A stretch of 39,322 nucleotides of DNA from Acidimicrobiia bacterium (GTDB lineage Bacteria > Actinomycetota > Acidimicrobiia > Spongiisociales > ZC4RG35). Below the pieces are notes generated by a model. That model was not told where the DNA came from. It searched no databases and worked only from the letters and a program-made list of their open reading frames with translations. The translations under genes and the position numbers were made by a program. Where the stretch lies: NCBI GenBank assembly GCA_031389635.1, contig JANMST010000255.1, forward strand, positions 1 to 39,322, written 5' to 3'. Positions 1 through 9,161 of this stretch are shown piece after piece (position 1 is the stretch's first letter; the number at the start of each line of letters is the position of its first letter).

Positions 1-58
1 CGTCCTTGTGGAGGACCACCTTGGCCGGGACCTCCACCTCGATCTCGTGTTGCGCCAT
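1..58 (-). CDS. N-terminal fragment of an unidentified protein (gene continues past the window start)
   Basis: Minus-strand ATG at 58-56, preceded by AAGGAGGG Shine-Dalgarno (complement of 62-69). Frame is open to position 1 (MAQHEIEVEVPAKVVLHKD...). Too short to assign a family. Confidence 0.4.
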   Translation of the reverse strand, partial: MAQHEIEVEVPAKVVLHKD

Positions 59-153
59 CTGCCCTCCTTCGAGCGGTCGGGGTTTCGCAGATACCTTAGG
101 TTTCCGACCCTCGGCTCCCCGAAAGCGTCACACCCCGCTGATACGCTCGCAAG

Positions 154-1836
154 GTGGAAGTGGGCCAACCGGAAGAGCCAGTCGGTCGGGTAATTGGAAC
201 CGAGGATGCCACTCCGCTCGAGTTCTGGGTGGGGGTGGATCCGCAACGGTTTCTTCAACTTGACGATGTCGTCGCGCTCGAACGACACCTCCCCGGAGGC
301 GAGGTCGTCCACATCTATGGGATGGTCAGCCAGGTACGGGCCCGGCACGAGGGCGCCCGCTTCGATTCCGATGTCTTTCTGATCGAGCAGGGCCTCCTGC
401 CGGCCGAGGTGTCCGAGTCCGCCCAGATCACCGCGACCCGATTCGAGCCCGAGATGTTCGTTCCTCCCCTTCCCGGACAGCCGGTCCGGATAGCCAGGGG
501 CGCCGAACGCGAACGGGCCCTGTTCTTCGATCGTATGGAGAAGCGCCTGCCGGTGGGCCTTAGCCGCGGGGGCGAGCCTCTCTTCGTCAACCTCGAGTTC
601 CTCGACGGCCAGCGCGGCGCTCACGTCAACATCTCCGGCATCTCGGGCGTCGCTACCAAGACAAGCTACGCCACATTCCTGCTCCATTCTCTTTTCACCT
701 CGGGAGTGCTCGGAAATCGCACGGTCAACACCAAGGCCCTGATCTTCAACGTCAAGGGCGAAGACCTCTTGTTCCTCGATCACGCCAATGCTGTCCTCGA
801 CGACGAGCAGCGCCTCCGCTATCAGCAACTCGGGCTGCCCGCCGAGCCGTTCCGCTCGATGACCGTCTATGCCCCGCCCCGCCCCGGTGGAGCGGCCGTC
901 CCCGACGTCGCTTCTCGATCGACCGGTGTCACAGCTTTCTTTTGGACCCTCGAAGAGTTCTGCCACGACGACTTGCTCCCGTTTCTGTTCGCCGATGCCG
1001 AGGACGATCGCGCCCAATACACGATGGTCGTGTACAGCGTGATGGTTCAACTGCGGCGGGTGATCGCCATCGGCGACGGTGGGGTCCGTTTGGAGGGCCA
1101 GGAGGCGAGGACCTTCCGCGACCTGGTCGACCTGATCACTCAGAAGGTGCAGAGCGAAGACGACGCCCCAGTTTGGGCTGGGACGGCCATCGGCCGCGGA
1201 ACCGTCAACGCCTTCGTGCGCCGTCTCCAGGGCTCGGTCAGGCATGTCGAGCGGCTGATCCGCGGTGATCAACCAGACCCCGAGAAGAATCGGATCAAGC
1301 TCGATCGCCAGGTCACGGTGATTGACCTCCACAATCTCCACGATCGCGCCAAGCGGTTCGCAGTCGGCGTGACGGTTCGCAAGGCCTTCGACGACAAGGA
1401 GGGGTCGGGTCAGTCGGCCGAGCTTCTGTTCCTGGTTCTCGATGAACTCAACAAGTACGCGCCCCGCGAGGGCAACAGCCCGATAAAAGAGATCCTGCTC
1501 GATGTCGCCGAGCGCGGTCGTAGCCTCGGGGTGATTCTGATCGGAGCCCAGCAAACCGCCAGCGAGGTCGAACGGCGGATCATTTCCAATTGCTCGATCC
1601 GGGTCGTCGGCCGCCTCGACGCCGCCGAGGCTTCCCGCGAGGAGTACGGGTTCCTTCCCGCCATGCAGCGCCAGCGTGCCACCATCCTCAAACCGGGAAC
1701 GATGCTGCTGGCCCAGCCCGAACTGCCGGTCCCGCTGGTCCTCGAGTTCCCCTTCCCGGCCTGGGCGACCCGTGCCTCGGAGGCGCTGGCCTTGCCGGGG
1801 CGCAAGTCGGAGGACCCGTTTGCCGGCCTCACGTGA
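154..1836 (+). CDS. herA: HerA-like hexameric ATPase/translocase (FtsK-HerA superfamily, DUF87 type)
   Basis: 560 aa with a GTG start. N-terminus VGRVIGTEDATPLEFWV is typical of the HerA HAS-barrel. P-loop region is GISGVATKTS (637-666, deviant). Walker B is FLVLDE (1429-1446). First gene of a co-directional cluster with sbcD, sbcC and a nurA-like gene. Confidence 0.75.
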   Translation: MEVGQPEEPVGRVIGTEDATPLEFWVGVDPQRFLQLDDVVALERHLPGGEVVHIYGMVSQVRARHEGARFDSDVFLIEQGLLPAEVSESAQITATRFEPEMFVPPLPGQPVRIARGAERERALFFDRMEKRLPVGLSRGGEPLFVNLEFLDGQRGAHVNISGISGVATKTSYATFLLHSLFTSGVLGNRTVNTKALIFNVKGEDLLFLDHANAVLDDEQRLRYQQLGLPAEPFRSMTVYAPPRPGGAAVPDVASRSTGVTAFFWTLEEFCHDDLLPFLFADAEDDRAQYTMVVYSVMVQLRRVIAIGDGGVRLEGQEARTFRDLVDLITQKVQSEDDAPVWAGTAIGRGTVNAFVRRLQGSVRHVERLIRGDQPDPEKNRIKLDRQVTVIDLHNLHDRAKRFAVGVTVRKAFDDKEGSGQSAELLFLVLDELNKYAPREGNSPIKEILLDVAERGRSLGVILIGAQQTASEVERRIISNCSIRVVGRLDAAEASREEYGFLPAMQRQRATILKPGTMLLAQPELPVPLVLEFPFPAWATRASEALALPGRKSEDPFAGLT

Positions 1837-1848
1837 GGTGAGGACGAG

Positions 1849-3003
1849 ATGAAGCTTCTTCATTCCGCCGACTGGCACGTAGGCAGGACGATCCGCGGTC
1901 GTTCCCGTGACGACGAGCACCGTCAGGTGCTGTCGGAGATCGCCGCCATCGCCGGTAGCGAGGAGGTCGACCTCATCCTGGTGGCGGGCGACATCTTCGA
2001 CACTGCCGCCCCATCGCCCGCAGCCGAGGAGATCGTCTATCGGGCTCTGCTCGACCTCGCCGCGGTCGCTCCGGTCGTGATCGTTGCCGGCAACCATGAC
2101 AACCCTGCCCGTCTGCGGGCCGTGGCACCGTTGCTTTCCCTGGGTCGCGTCAGCGTGGGTTCAACGATCGCCCGACCCGACGACGGGGGGATCCTCGATT
2201 TCCCCGACCTGGCGGTTCGAATCGCATTGGTGCCGTTCATCGGCAAGCGCGGCATCGTCCGGGTCGAAGAGATTCTCCGACTCGGCCAGGCCGAACGGAT
2301 CGGTGAGTACGCCGAGCGGGTGGCGGACATTCTGGAGGCACTGACCATCGGGATGACCCCCGACACCGTCAACCTGGTCGTATCTCACTTGATGGTGGCG
2401 GGCGGGGTGCCGGGTGGCGGAGAGCGGACTGCGCACCTCTTCGACTACTCAGTACCCGCCCTCTCGTTTCCCGGTCACATCAGCTACGTCGCACTAGGTC
2501 ATCTCCATCGTCCCCAGAAGGTTCCGGCCCCCCTTCCCATGTGGTACTCCGGCTCACCTCTCCAACTTGACTTCGGTGAAGGGGAAGACCGCAAAGTCGT
2601 CGTCCTGGTGGAAGCCGAGCCCGGGCTGCCGGTGATCGTGAACACGAAGGACCTCGTCGGGGGTCGCCGGTTGCGGACACTTCGCGGGACCTTTGCCCAG
2701 ATCGAAGCGATGGCCGACAAAGTGGGAGACGCCTACCTTCGCATCGAGTTGGAGGAGCCGGCCCGTGCCGGGCTGGCCGACGAGGTCCGGGCAATCTTCC
2801 CCGAGGCGGTGGAAGTACGACTGGCGGCTGTCGCCTCGGAGTCGGGGAGGGAGGTGCCGCAGCGGCTGGGTCGTGATCCCTCCGAGCTCTTTCGCGACTA
2901 TCTCGGTGTGCGCAAGGTCGAAGATCCCCGACTAACGGCGTTGTTCGACGAACTGTTGGTCGAGGCGCTGGATAATCCGGGCGGGGGAGTGGTCGACGTA
3001 TGA
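1849..3003 (+). CDS. sbcD: SbcD/Mre11-family nuclease (calcineurin-like metallophosphoesterase)
   Basis: 384 aa. Phosphoesterase motifs appear in order: LLHSADWHVG, VAGDIFD, VAGNHD, GHLH. Starts 12 nt after the herA stop. Its stop overlaps the sbcC start (ATGA at 3000-3003). Confidence 0.9.
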   Translation: MKLLHSADWHVGRTIRGRSRDDEHRQVLSEIAAIAGSEEVDLILVAGDIFDTAAPSPAAEEIVYRALLDLAAVAPVVIVAGNHDNPARLRAVAPLLSLGRVSVGSTIARPDDGGILDFPDLAVRIALVPFIGKRGIVRVEEILRLGQAERIGEYAERVADILEALTIGMTPDTVNLVVSHLMVAGGVPGGGERTAHLFDYSVPALSFPGHISYVALGHLHRPQKVPAPLPMWYSGSPLQLDFGEGEDRKVVVLVEAEPGLPVIVNTKDLVGGRRLRTLRGTFAQIEAMADKVGDAYLRIELEEPARAGLADEVRAIFPEAVEVRLAAVASESGREVPQRLGRDPSELFRDYLGVRKVEDPRLTALFDELLVEALDNPGGGVVDV

Positions 3004-5336
3004 GGCCCGAGAAGTTGGTTCTGAAGGGCTTCGGCGCCTTTCGCAACTACACCGAGGTCGACTTCGCGGGAGTCGAGTTGTTCGCTCTCGTCGGGCCTAC
3101 CGGCTCGGGCAAGACGACGGTCCTCGACGGCATCTGCTTCGCTCTCTACGGGTCGGTTCCCCGCCACGGTCGCCGCGACGTCGCCCCGGTCGTCACCCAG
3201 GGCCTGACCGAGTCGGTGGTGTCTCTGGCCTTTACGGTCGGCGACGACCATTACGAGGTGGCGCGCCATGTCCGCAAGGACTCCAAGAAGGGCACCGCGA
3301 CCACCGATGAGGCAACCCTCGAAAAGGGCGGCGAGGTGCTGGCCACCGGTGCTGATGCCGTCACGTCCGCTGTGATCACGTTGCTTGGTCTCGACTTCGA
3401 CCAGTTCACCACCTGCGTGCTTTTGCCCCAGGGCGAGTTTCAGCGATTCCTTCACGACAAACCGGCCAATCGTCAGAATCTCTTGTCGGCCCTCCTCGAT
3501 CTCGGTGTGTATGAGCGGATCGGGCAGAGGGCCTCGGAGCGCCGGGAGCGGGCCGGCGGTCAGCTGGCGACCATCGATCAGAGACTCGCCGCCCTGGGGA
3601 CGATCGAAGACCGCGACGAGGAGTCTGCGGCCGCCACCGCGGCGTCTCTGACGACACTGTTGAGCGAAGTCGAACAGGTCGAACCCGAGCTCGTCCGGCT
3701 TCGCGCGGCGGGAAAGGCCGCAGAGGCCGAGGTCGAGAGCGCGAGGAAACTGAACAAGCTCCTTGGCCAGCTGAGCCCTCCTGAGAATCTCGATTCAATT
3801 GCGGGAGAGAGGCTCGAGTTGGCCGAGAAGTCAGCGGGGATCATCACCGCTCGAACCGAGATCACCGCCCGGATAGCGGCAGCAGAGCAGACGATTGCCA
3901 CATTGCCGACAGCGAAGGTCCTTTCCCAGTGGTCGACTACCTGGACCGGGTTGCAAGTCACTGAAGTAAAAATGGTCGAGGCCAGGACCGCCGCAGTAGA
4001 TGCTCGAGCCCTTGTCGACCAGGCCGGAACCGTCCTCGTCGCAAATAGGACGACGCTGCAAGAAGCCATGGACCAGAACCGGGCGGCCCACCTCCGTCGG
4101 TCCCTGAAAGCGGGCCATCGCTGCCCTGTATGCGATCAAACCGTCGCGACCCTTCCACCTCCCATGGCCGAAACCAAGGTCGACAGAGCCCGGGCCGCCG
4201 CCGAAAAGGCCGAGAAGGAGGTCGAACGGTTTGCCAAAGCGGCCTCGGAGGCGGAGAGCTTTGTACTCCGGTTGGAGGAGAGGCTGGAGGGTCTTCGGAA
4301 ACAGACGTCGGAGTCGCCGCCGGAGACCGAACTGGCTGCGATCGCACAGCGCATTGCCGAAGCAGATGCCGAACTCCGGCAGGCCCGCACAGACGATGAA
4401 TCGATCAAAAGCAAGCACGACGAGGTCGAGCAAGCCAGCAAGCGCCTGGCCGACCGTGAACGCGATGCCATGCGCGAGCTGCAGAACGCCCGCGACCGTC
4501 TGGCCGGTCTCGAGCCACCTCCGTTGTCGTTCGACGATCCCGCCATCGACTGGAAAACACTCATCGCGTGGGCGGCGGAGCAGGCAACTGCGATGGCCGC
4601 GGCCGAAGCGGAAGCCGAGGTCAGGCGGGCGGAGGCGACGGCCCGCCAGGCGACGATGGTTGAGGAGATCAACTCCCGATTCGCCGCCCTGGAAATTCGT
4701 GTCGGTGACCGTCCCATCCGCGACATCGCGGTCGACGCCCTCACCCAGGCAACGGCTCGCCTCGATCAGATCCAGAAGGCGAAGCTCGAGGCGAGCCGGC
4801 TCACAGTCCAGCGCGAGGCCACTTCCGGTGAGCAAGAGGTGGCAGCTTTGTTGGTCAAGCTGCTTCGCAACGATGCCTTTCGAAGGTGGCTGCTCGATGA
4901 GGTGTTCGCCGCGCTGGTGACCGGCGCCAACATCCGGCTGGCGGATCTCACCAAAGGCCAATATTCGCTCGACACGAGCAAGGGTGACTTCGAGGTCATC
5001 GACAACCTCTCAGCCGGCAACCGCCGTTCAGTCCGGACTCTGTCGGGCGGGGAGACCTTCCTCGTGTCCCTTGGTCTCGCTCTGGCTCTGGCCGATCAGG
5101 TTGCCGAGACGAGCGTCGGATCCGTCCGGCTCGAGTCGATTTTCCTCGATGAGGGTTTCGGCACTCTCGATGCCGAGACCCTCGACGTGGTCGGCTCAGT
5201 CATCTCCGAACTGGGTGCCTCGGGAAAAACCGTAGGAATCGTGACACATGTAGCAGAGTTAGCCGAACAGATGCCCGTTCGTTACGAAATCGGCAAGGGC
5301 GCCGCTGGCGCGAATGTCATTGAGGTGAGGCGATGA
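3000..5336 (+). CDS. sbcC: SbcC/Rad50-family SMC-like ATPase with central zinc hook
   Basis: 778 aa. Walker A is GPTGSGKTT. The long Ala/Glu/Arg/Leu-rich middle looks like coiled coil. CPVC hook lies at 4122-4133 (residues 375-378, mid-protein). Signature motif LSGGETFLVSLGLALAL, Walker B IFLDEGFGTLD, H-loop GIVTHV. Confidence 0.9.
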   Translation: MRPEKLVLKGFGAFRNYTEVDFAGVELFALVGPTGSGKTTVLDGICFALYGSVPRHGRRDVAPVVTQGLTESVVSLAFTVGDDHYEVARHVRKDSKKGTATTDEATLEKGGEVLATGADAVTSAVITLLGLDFDQFTTCVLLPQGEFQRFLHDKPANRQNLLSALLDLGVYERIGQRASERRERAGGQLATIDQRLAALGTIEDRDEESAAATAASLTTLLSEVEQVEPELVRLRAAGKAAEAEVESARKLNKLLGQLSPPENLDSIAGERLELAEKSAGIITARTEITARIAAAEQTIATLPTAKVLSQWSTTWTGLQVTEVKMVEARTAAVDARALVDQAGTVLVANRTTLQEAMDQNRAAHLRRSLKAGHRCPVCDQTVATLPPPMAETKVDRARAAAEKAEKEVERFAKAASEAESFVLRLEERLEGLRKQTSESPPETELAAIAQRIAEADAELRQARTDDESIKSKHDEVEQASKRLADRERDAMRELQNARDRLAGLEPPPLSFDDPAIDWKTLIAWAAEQATAMAAAEAEAEVRRAEATARQATMVEEINSRFAALEIRVGDRPIRDIAVDALTQATARLDQIQKAKLEASRLTVQREATSGEQEVAALLVKLLRNDAFRRWLLDEVFAALVTGANIRLADLTKGQYSLDTSKGDFEVIDNLSAGNRRSVRTLSGGETFLVSLGLALALADQVAETSVGSVRLESIFLDEGFGTLDAETLDVVGSVISELGASGKTVGIVTHVAELAEQMPVRYEIGKGAAGANVIEVRR

Positions 5337-6238
5337 AGTTCACGGTTCAGCCCTGGTCGCCCGAGTACGGCAGCCCGGGTGGAAAGGAGGACCTCGAGGC
5401 ACCCGAGGCAAATGTCGACATCGAAGTCGAGGCTGCGAAGTGGGCCCCGATCGTTGTCAACGCCACGCCGGCCGATGAGGTGCTTTTCGTCGACGGGGTG
5501 CGCCGCATCGATGCCAACCTGTGGATCGAAGAGGAGGATGGAACTCCGATGCTGGCTCTCGCCGCCAGCTATGGAGCCGGGGCTGTACTTTGCAATCACA
5601 GCGCCCGGATCGTGGCTCACGAGGTCCGGCGGGGAATCTTTACGGCTGCCGCCGCGGCGAGCCGGGTCATCACCCGCCATGCCGACTACGAGGTCCACCA
5701 CACCAGAGGGATCGTGGCCGAAGACCTCTGGCTCGGGCTCCAGCAACGGATGGGTGAGCTCGAGGGGATGATCGTGGCCTCGCATGCCGAAGCACCACTG
5801 ATAGTTGTCGACGGCCCCCTGTCACATCACCGTCATGTCCCGGGCGCGGTGGGATACATCAAGACCCAGCACGTCCAGTATCTCCCGCCCAACCTTCGAC
5901 CGATCCTCGGACATCTCCGAGCCGGCGACCGAACCCCTCTCTTTCTCACCACGACGAGCTGGAGTCGCTTCTCCTGGTACCTTAAGCTTCCATTGAAAGA
6001 CGCCGGGCCGATGGACGGCATCGTCCGGGCCGAGGTCAATGCCGATCAGGATCTCGCCTCCGCCCGCCGTATCGCCGACCTCACGGCCGCGACGATGTGC
6101 CGCTATGCCAGCGCCGCCCACAAAGACCCTCGAGCCCCCCAGAATCTCTATCCGGTGGGCCAGCTTGAACGCAAGCTCCACCACCTCCTGGGCGATCGTG
6201 AACTGCTTTATCGGTCACTACGGGTTGCGGCGGCGTGA
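5333..6238 (+). CDS. nurA: NurA-like nuclease (putative HerA partner)
   Basis: 301 aa. Start overlaps the sbcC stop (ATGA at 5333-5336). Two Asp-Gly motifs, LFVDGVRR and LIVVDGPLS, are spaced as in the NurA motifs (xDGS ... DGsL). GYIKTQH follows. Position after rad50 matches the archaeal operon order. The assignment rests on motif and context only. Confidence 0.55.
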   Translation: MKFTVQPWSPEYGSPGGKEDLEAPEANVDIEVEAAKWAPIVVNATPADEVLFVDGVRRIDANLWIEEEDGTPMLALAASYGAGAVLCNHSARIVAHEVRRGIFTAAAAASRVITRHADYEVHHTRGIVAEDLWLGLQQRMGELEGMIVASHAEAPLIVVDGPLSHHRHVPGAVGYIKTQHVQYLPPNLRPILGHLRAGDRTPLFLTTTSWSRFSWYLKLPLKDAGPMDGIVRAEVNADQDLASARRIADLTAATMCRYASAAHKDPRAPQNLYPVGQLERKLHHLLGDRELLYRSLRVAAA

Positions 6239-6269
6239 TAGGCCGGTAGCGGCTCATTAAGGTCCGGCC

Positions 6270-6722
6270 ATGACAACCTTCGCATCGCCCAACGACCTGG
6301 CCGGATCGGTGGGATCTCACCTCGGTTACTCGGATTGGCTCGAGATAACCCAGGAGCGGATCAACGCCTTCGCCGATGCCACCGACGACCACCAGTGGAT
6401 TCATGTCGATCCCGAACGGGCCAAGTCGGGTCCGTTCGGCACCACCATCGCCCACGGCTATCTGACTCTGTCCCTCGCCGTCCGCTTTGTCGACGAGATT
6501 TTCACCGTCGAAGGCGTACGGATGGGCGTCAACTACGGGACCAACAAAGTTCGATTCGTCTCACCGGTACCGGTCGGATCCAAGCTGCGGGCCGGTGGAA
6601 CTCTGGCCTCGATCGAAGAAGTCACCGGCGGGTTCCAGGCCACCCTTGACCTCACCTTCGAAGTAGAAGGCACTGAGAAACCAGCCTGCGTAGCTCAGGT
6701 CTTGTACCGGTTGTATACCTAG
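6270..6722 (+). CDS. MaoC-like (R)-specific enoyl-CoA hydratase / hotdog-fold dehydratase
   Basis: 150 aa. DDHQWIHVDPERAKSGPFGTTIAHGYLTLSL matches the MaoC dehydratase core. Confidence 0.8.
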   Translation: MTTFASPNDLAGSVGSHLGYSDWLEITQERINAFADATDDHQWIHVDPERAKSGPFGTTIAHGYLTLSLAVRFVDEIFTVEGVRMGVNYGTNKVRFVSPVPVGSKLRAGGTLASIEEVTGGFQATLDLTFEVEGTEKPACVAQVLYRLYT

Positions 6723-6732
6723 ATACGTTCTC

Positions 6733-6757
6733 GGTCCCCCGCAAGCGGGGGGACAGG
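6733..6757. terminator. GC-rich palindromic hairpin between convergent genes; copy 1 of a repeated 25-26-nt element
   Basis: GGTCCCCCGCAAGCGGGGGGACAGG forms a stem TCCCCCGC/GCGGGGGA. It lies between the stops of 6270-6722(+) and gpsA(-). A reverse-complement copy is at 14603-14628. Confidence 0.6.
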
Positions 6758-6768
6758 AAAACGCTGAC

Positions 6769-7764
6769 TCAGCTTTCCGACTTCGCCTGGCGGGTCATCA
6801 GGCTCATCACAGCCTCTCGCGGGTGGTGTCCTTCGTAGAGGACTCTGGCGACCTGGTTCGCGATCGGCATCTCGACACCGGCGCGTTCGGCGAGTTCCAG
6901 CACGGCCCTCGTGGTCTTGACACCTTCGGCCACCATCTTCATCTCTTCGATGATGTCATCGAGTTTGCGTCCCTGGGCCAGGCCAATCCCCACCCGGAAG
7001 TTGCGGCTCTGGACCGAAGTGCAGGTGGCGATCAGGTCACCCATGCCTGCCAGGCCGGCGAACGTCGCCGGTTGACCTCCCAACGCCACGCCGAGGCGGG
7101 TCAACTCAGCCAGAGCCCTCGTCAACAGCGCTGCCCGAGTGTTGTCGCCGAAGCCGAGGCCAGTGGACATTCCGGCGGCGATAGCCATAACGTTCTTGAG
7201 CGATCCGGCCAATTCGCAGCCGACCACATCGGGATTGGTATAGACGCGAAACGTCGGGCCCATGAAGGTCCGCTGGACGATCGTCGCGGCTTCTTCATCG
7301 ACGATTGCAACCACGGCGGCGGTCGGTTGACCGGCCGTGACCTCTCCGGCGAGATTAGGACCGGTCAACACTCCGATCGTTTGCGGGTTGTGCTCAGGAA
7401 GGAGATCTGCGACGACCTCGGTCATCCGCCGGAGAGTCTTCTCCTCGATGCCTTTGGTGAGAGAGACCAGAGGCAGATCGGTCGCAGGATCCGACATCCG
7501 ATCCAACACCCCGCGGAAACCGTGCGAAGGAACCGCCATCGCTATTAGAACCGCTCCCTCGGTGGCCTCGTCCAGGTCGGCGGTTGCGCGAAGGCCATAG
7601 GGGAGTCGATACCCGGCGAGGTAATCGGGATTTTCCGATGTGGCGTTGATGACCTCCGCCAATTCGGGTCGGCGCGACCACAGGACCACTGGATGCTGGA
7701 CCGCGGCGAGGGCAGCCACGGCCGTGCCCCAGGAGCCTGCACCGATCACTGCAACATGATCCAT
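6769..7764 (-). CDS. gpsA: NAD(P)H-dependent glycerol-3-phosphate dehydrogenase
   Basis: 331 aa. Has the N-terminal Rossmann motif VIGAGSWGTAVA and GpsA-typical segments (LKNVMAIAAGM, GDLIATCTS..SRN). Confidence 0.9.
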   Translation of the reverse strand: MDHVAVIGAGSWGTAVAALAAVQHPVVLWSRRPELAEVINATSENPDYLAGYRLPYGLRATADLDEATEGAVLIAMAVPSHGFRGVLDRMSDPATDLPLVSLTKGIEEKTLRRMTEVVADLLPEHNPQTIGVLTGPNLAGEVTAGQPTAAVVAIVDEEAATIVQRTFMGPTFRVYTNPDVVGCELAGSLKNVMAIAAGMSTGLGFGDNTRAALLTRALAELTRLGVALGGQPATFAGLAGMGDLIATCTSVQSRNFRVGIGLAQGRKLDDIIEEMKMVAEGVKTTRAVLELAERAGVEMPIANQVARVLYEGHHPREAVMSLMTRQAKSES

Positions 7765-7854
7765 ATCGGTTCAACCTACATGCCCGGGAACGGAACGTCC
7801 GGGCAGGATCTACTCGATGCCGGAGCAGGGTCCATTTGTTGCCACAATGAGGGG

Positions 7855-8937
7855 ATGGCACGGCTCGGAATCGTGGGTTTCACCAATAGTGGCAAGACCA
7901 CTCTCTTCAACGCCCTCACCGGCCTCGATGCGGCCACCGCTACCCACCCCTACAACACGACCGAGCCCAACATCGGCGTGGCACGGATTCCCGACCCCAA
8001 GCTCGAAGCGGCCGCCAAGGTCGAGAAGTCGGTCAAGGTGATTCCTGCGACCTTGGAACTGCTCGATCTGCCCGCCTTGTCGCCTCCGGGACGGGATGGC
8101 GGAGGGCTGGGCGGCCGATTCCTGGGCCAACTGCGGGAGATGGATGCGCTGGTCGTCGTCCTGCGCGCATTTTCCGACCCGTCGGTCACGAGCGAGGACA
8201 CAGGCACCGATCCCACCACCCAGGCCGAGGAGCTACTCCTCGAACTGGCATTGGCTGACCACGAAGTGCTGGCGCGGCGAGCCGACCGGCTACGGAGAGA
8301 AGCGAGCTCCGACCCCTCCAAACGCCCTGCCGCCGACGCGATCCAGGAGGCGGTGGAAATGCTCGCCGGCGGCGAGTCACTTCGAACCCGGGCGTGGTCG
8401 GATGAGGCGCTGGCGGCATTCAAGGACACGAGCCCCCTCACCCTCAAGCCGGCGCTTTGGGTCGTGAACCTCGATGAAGGTGCCGAGGACACCGCGGAGG
8501 TGGTCGAGCGGCTTCAGAAGCTGGTTCCCGAAGGCGACCCTGTCGTCGCAGTGTCTGCCCGCCTCGAGGAGGAAGGAGCGAAGCTCTCGACCGACGAGCG
8601 TGCGGAACTGTTCGAAGGGCTCGGGCTGGGTGAGGGAGCGCTCGCTCTGATGGTCCGCGCCGCCTATCAGGGTCTCGGTCTCCTTTCGTTCTATACGGTC
8701 GGTCCCAAGGAGTCGCGGGCCTGGACCGTGCGGACCGGGGCGGCCGCACCCGAGGCAGCGGGCAAGATCCACTCCGACCTCGAGCGGGGATTCATACGTG
8801 CCGAGGTCTCGACGATCGACGAAGTCATCGAGGCCGGCGGATGGGATCAGGCCAAGCGAGATGGATTGGTGCGCGTGGAGGGAAAGTCCTACATCATCAA
8901 GCCCGATGACGTGCTCGTGATTCGTTTCTCCGTTTGA
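7855..8937 (+). CDS. ychF: Redox-regulated/ribosome-binding ATPase YchF
   Basis: Start moved to the ATG at 7855 (MARLGIVGFTNSGKTTLFNALTG), which has a GAGGGG SD. The ORF-track start at 7693 would overlap gpsA. C-terminal TGS-like end is GKSYIIKPDDVLVIRF. 360 aa. Confidence 0.9.
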   Translation: MARLGIVGFTNSGKTTLFNALTGLDAATATHPYNTTEPNIGVARIPDPKLEAAAKVEKSVKVIPATLELLDLPALSPPGRDGGGLGGRFLGQLREMDALVVVLRAFSDPSVTSEDTGTDPTTQAEELLLELALADHEVLARRADRLRREASSDPSKRPAADAIQEAVEMLAGGESLRTRAWSDEALAAFKDTSPLTLKPALWVVNLDEGAEDTAEVVERLQKLVPEGDPVVAVSARLEEEGAKLSTDERAELFEGLGLGEGALALMVRAAYQGLGLLSFYTVGPKESRAWTVRTGAAAPEAAGKIHSDLERGFIRAEVSTIDEVIEAGGWDQAKRDGLVRVEGKSYIIKPDDVLVIRFSV

Positions 8938-8952
8938 TTTCGTGAAATCCGG

Positions 8953-8990
8953 CCTGTTTTCAACAGGTTTGGCTTTGGTTGTTTGCGCAA
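8953..8990 (+). terminator. Possible intrinsic terminator of ychF
   Basis: Short hairpin CCTGTT-TTC-AACAGG (8953-8967) followed by the T-rich tract TTTGGCTTTGGTTGTTTG. The stem is weak. Confidence 0.4.
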
Positions 8991-8994
8991 CTGT

Positions 8995-9023
8995 TTGCAG
9001 GTAGGGGACCCCATCTATATGAT
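8995..9023 (+). promoter_or_regulatory. Candidate sigma70-type promoter for the gcvP leader
   Basis: TTGCAG (8995-9000), 17-nt spacer, TATGAT (9018-9023), within a locally AT-richer stretch. Prediction by eye only. Confidence 0.35.
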
Positions 9024-9120
9024 GCCAAAAGCCGCTCAGTGAACCCTCACCGGGCGGTCCCCAACCCCACGACAGGGGCCAGCGGGAACCCCTGGCACCC
9101 GCCGATGGAAATCCCCTGTC

Positions 9121-9158
9121 GGCTCTTCGCAAGAAGGGCGGCTCTTCGCAAGAAGGGC
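9121..9158 (+). repeat. Perfect 19-bp tandem duplication, each unit a GNRA-tetraloop hairpin
   Basis: GGCTCTTCGCAAGAAGGGC occurs twice (9121-9139 and 9140-9158). Each unit folds as GCTCTTC-GCAA-GAAGGGC, a 7-bp stem with one G-U pair. Confidence 0.85.
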
Positions 9159-9161
9159 ACT

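Noticed and set aside
3831-4961. 376-aa ORF antisense to sbcC, plus other long internal ORFs at 3578-4069, 4136-4744 and 4231-4920
   Set aside because: It lies wholly inside the well-supported sbcC frame. The translation is Arg/Gly/Pro-rich with no motifs, which is typical of shadow ORFs in GC-rich DNA.
7693-7854. N-terminal extension of ychF given by the ORF track; similar extensions for gcvP (9382-9453), cytochrome c (18056-18325) and the histone-like gene (14983-15057)
   Set aside because: The extensions overlap neighbouring genes or the riboswitch and lack conservation-like sequence. Internal ATGs with good SD sequences coincide with the conserved N-termini.
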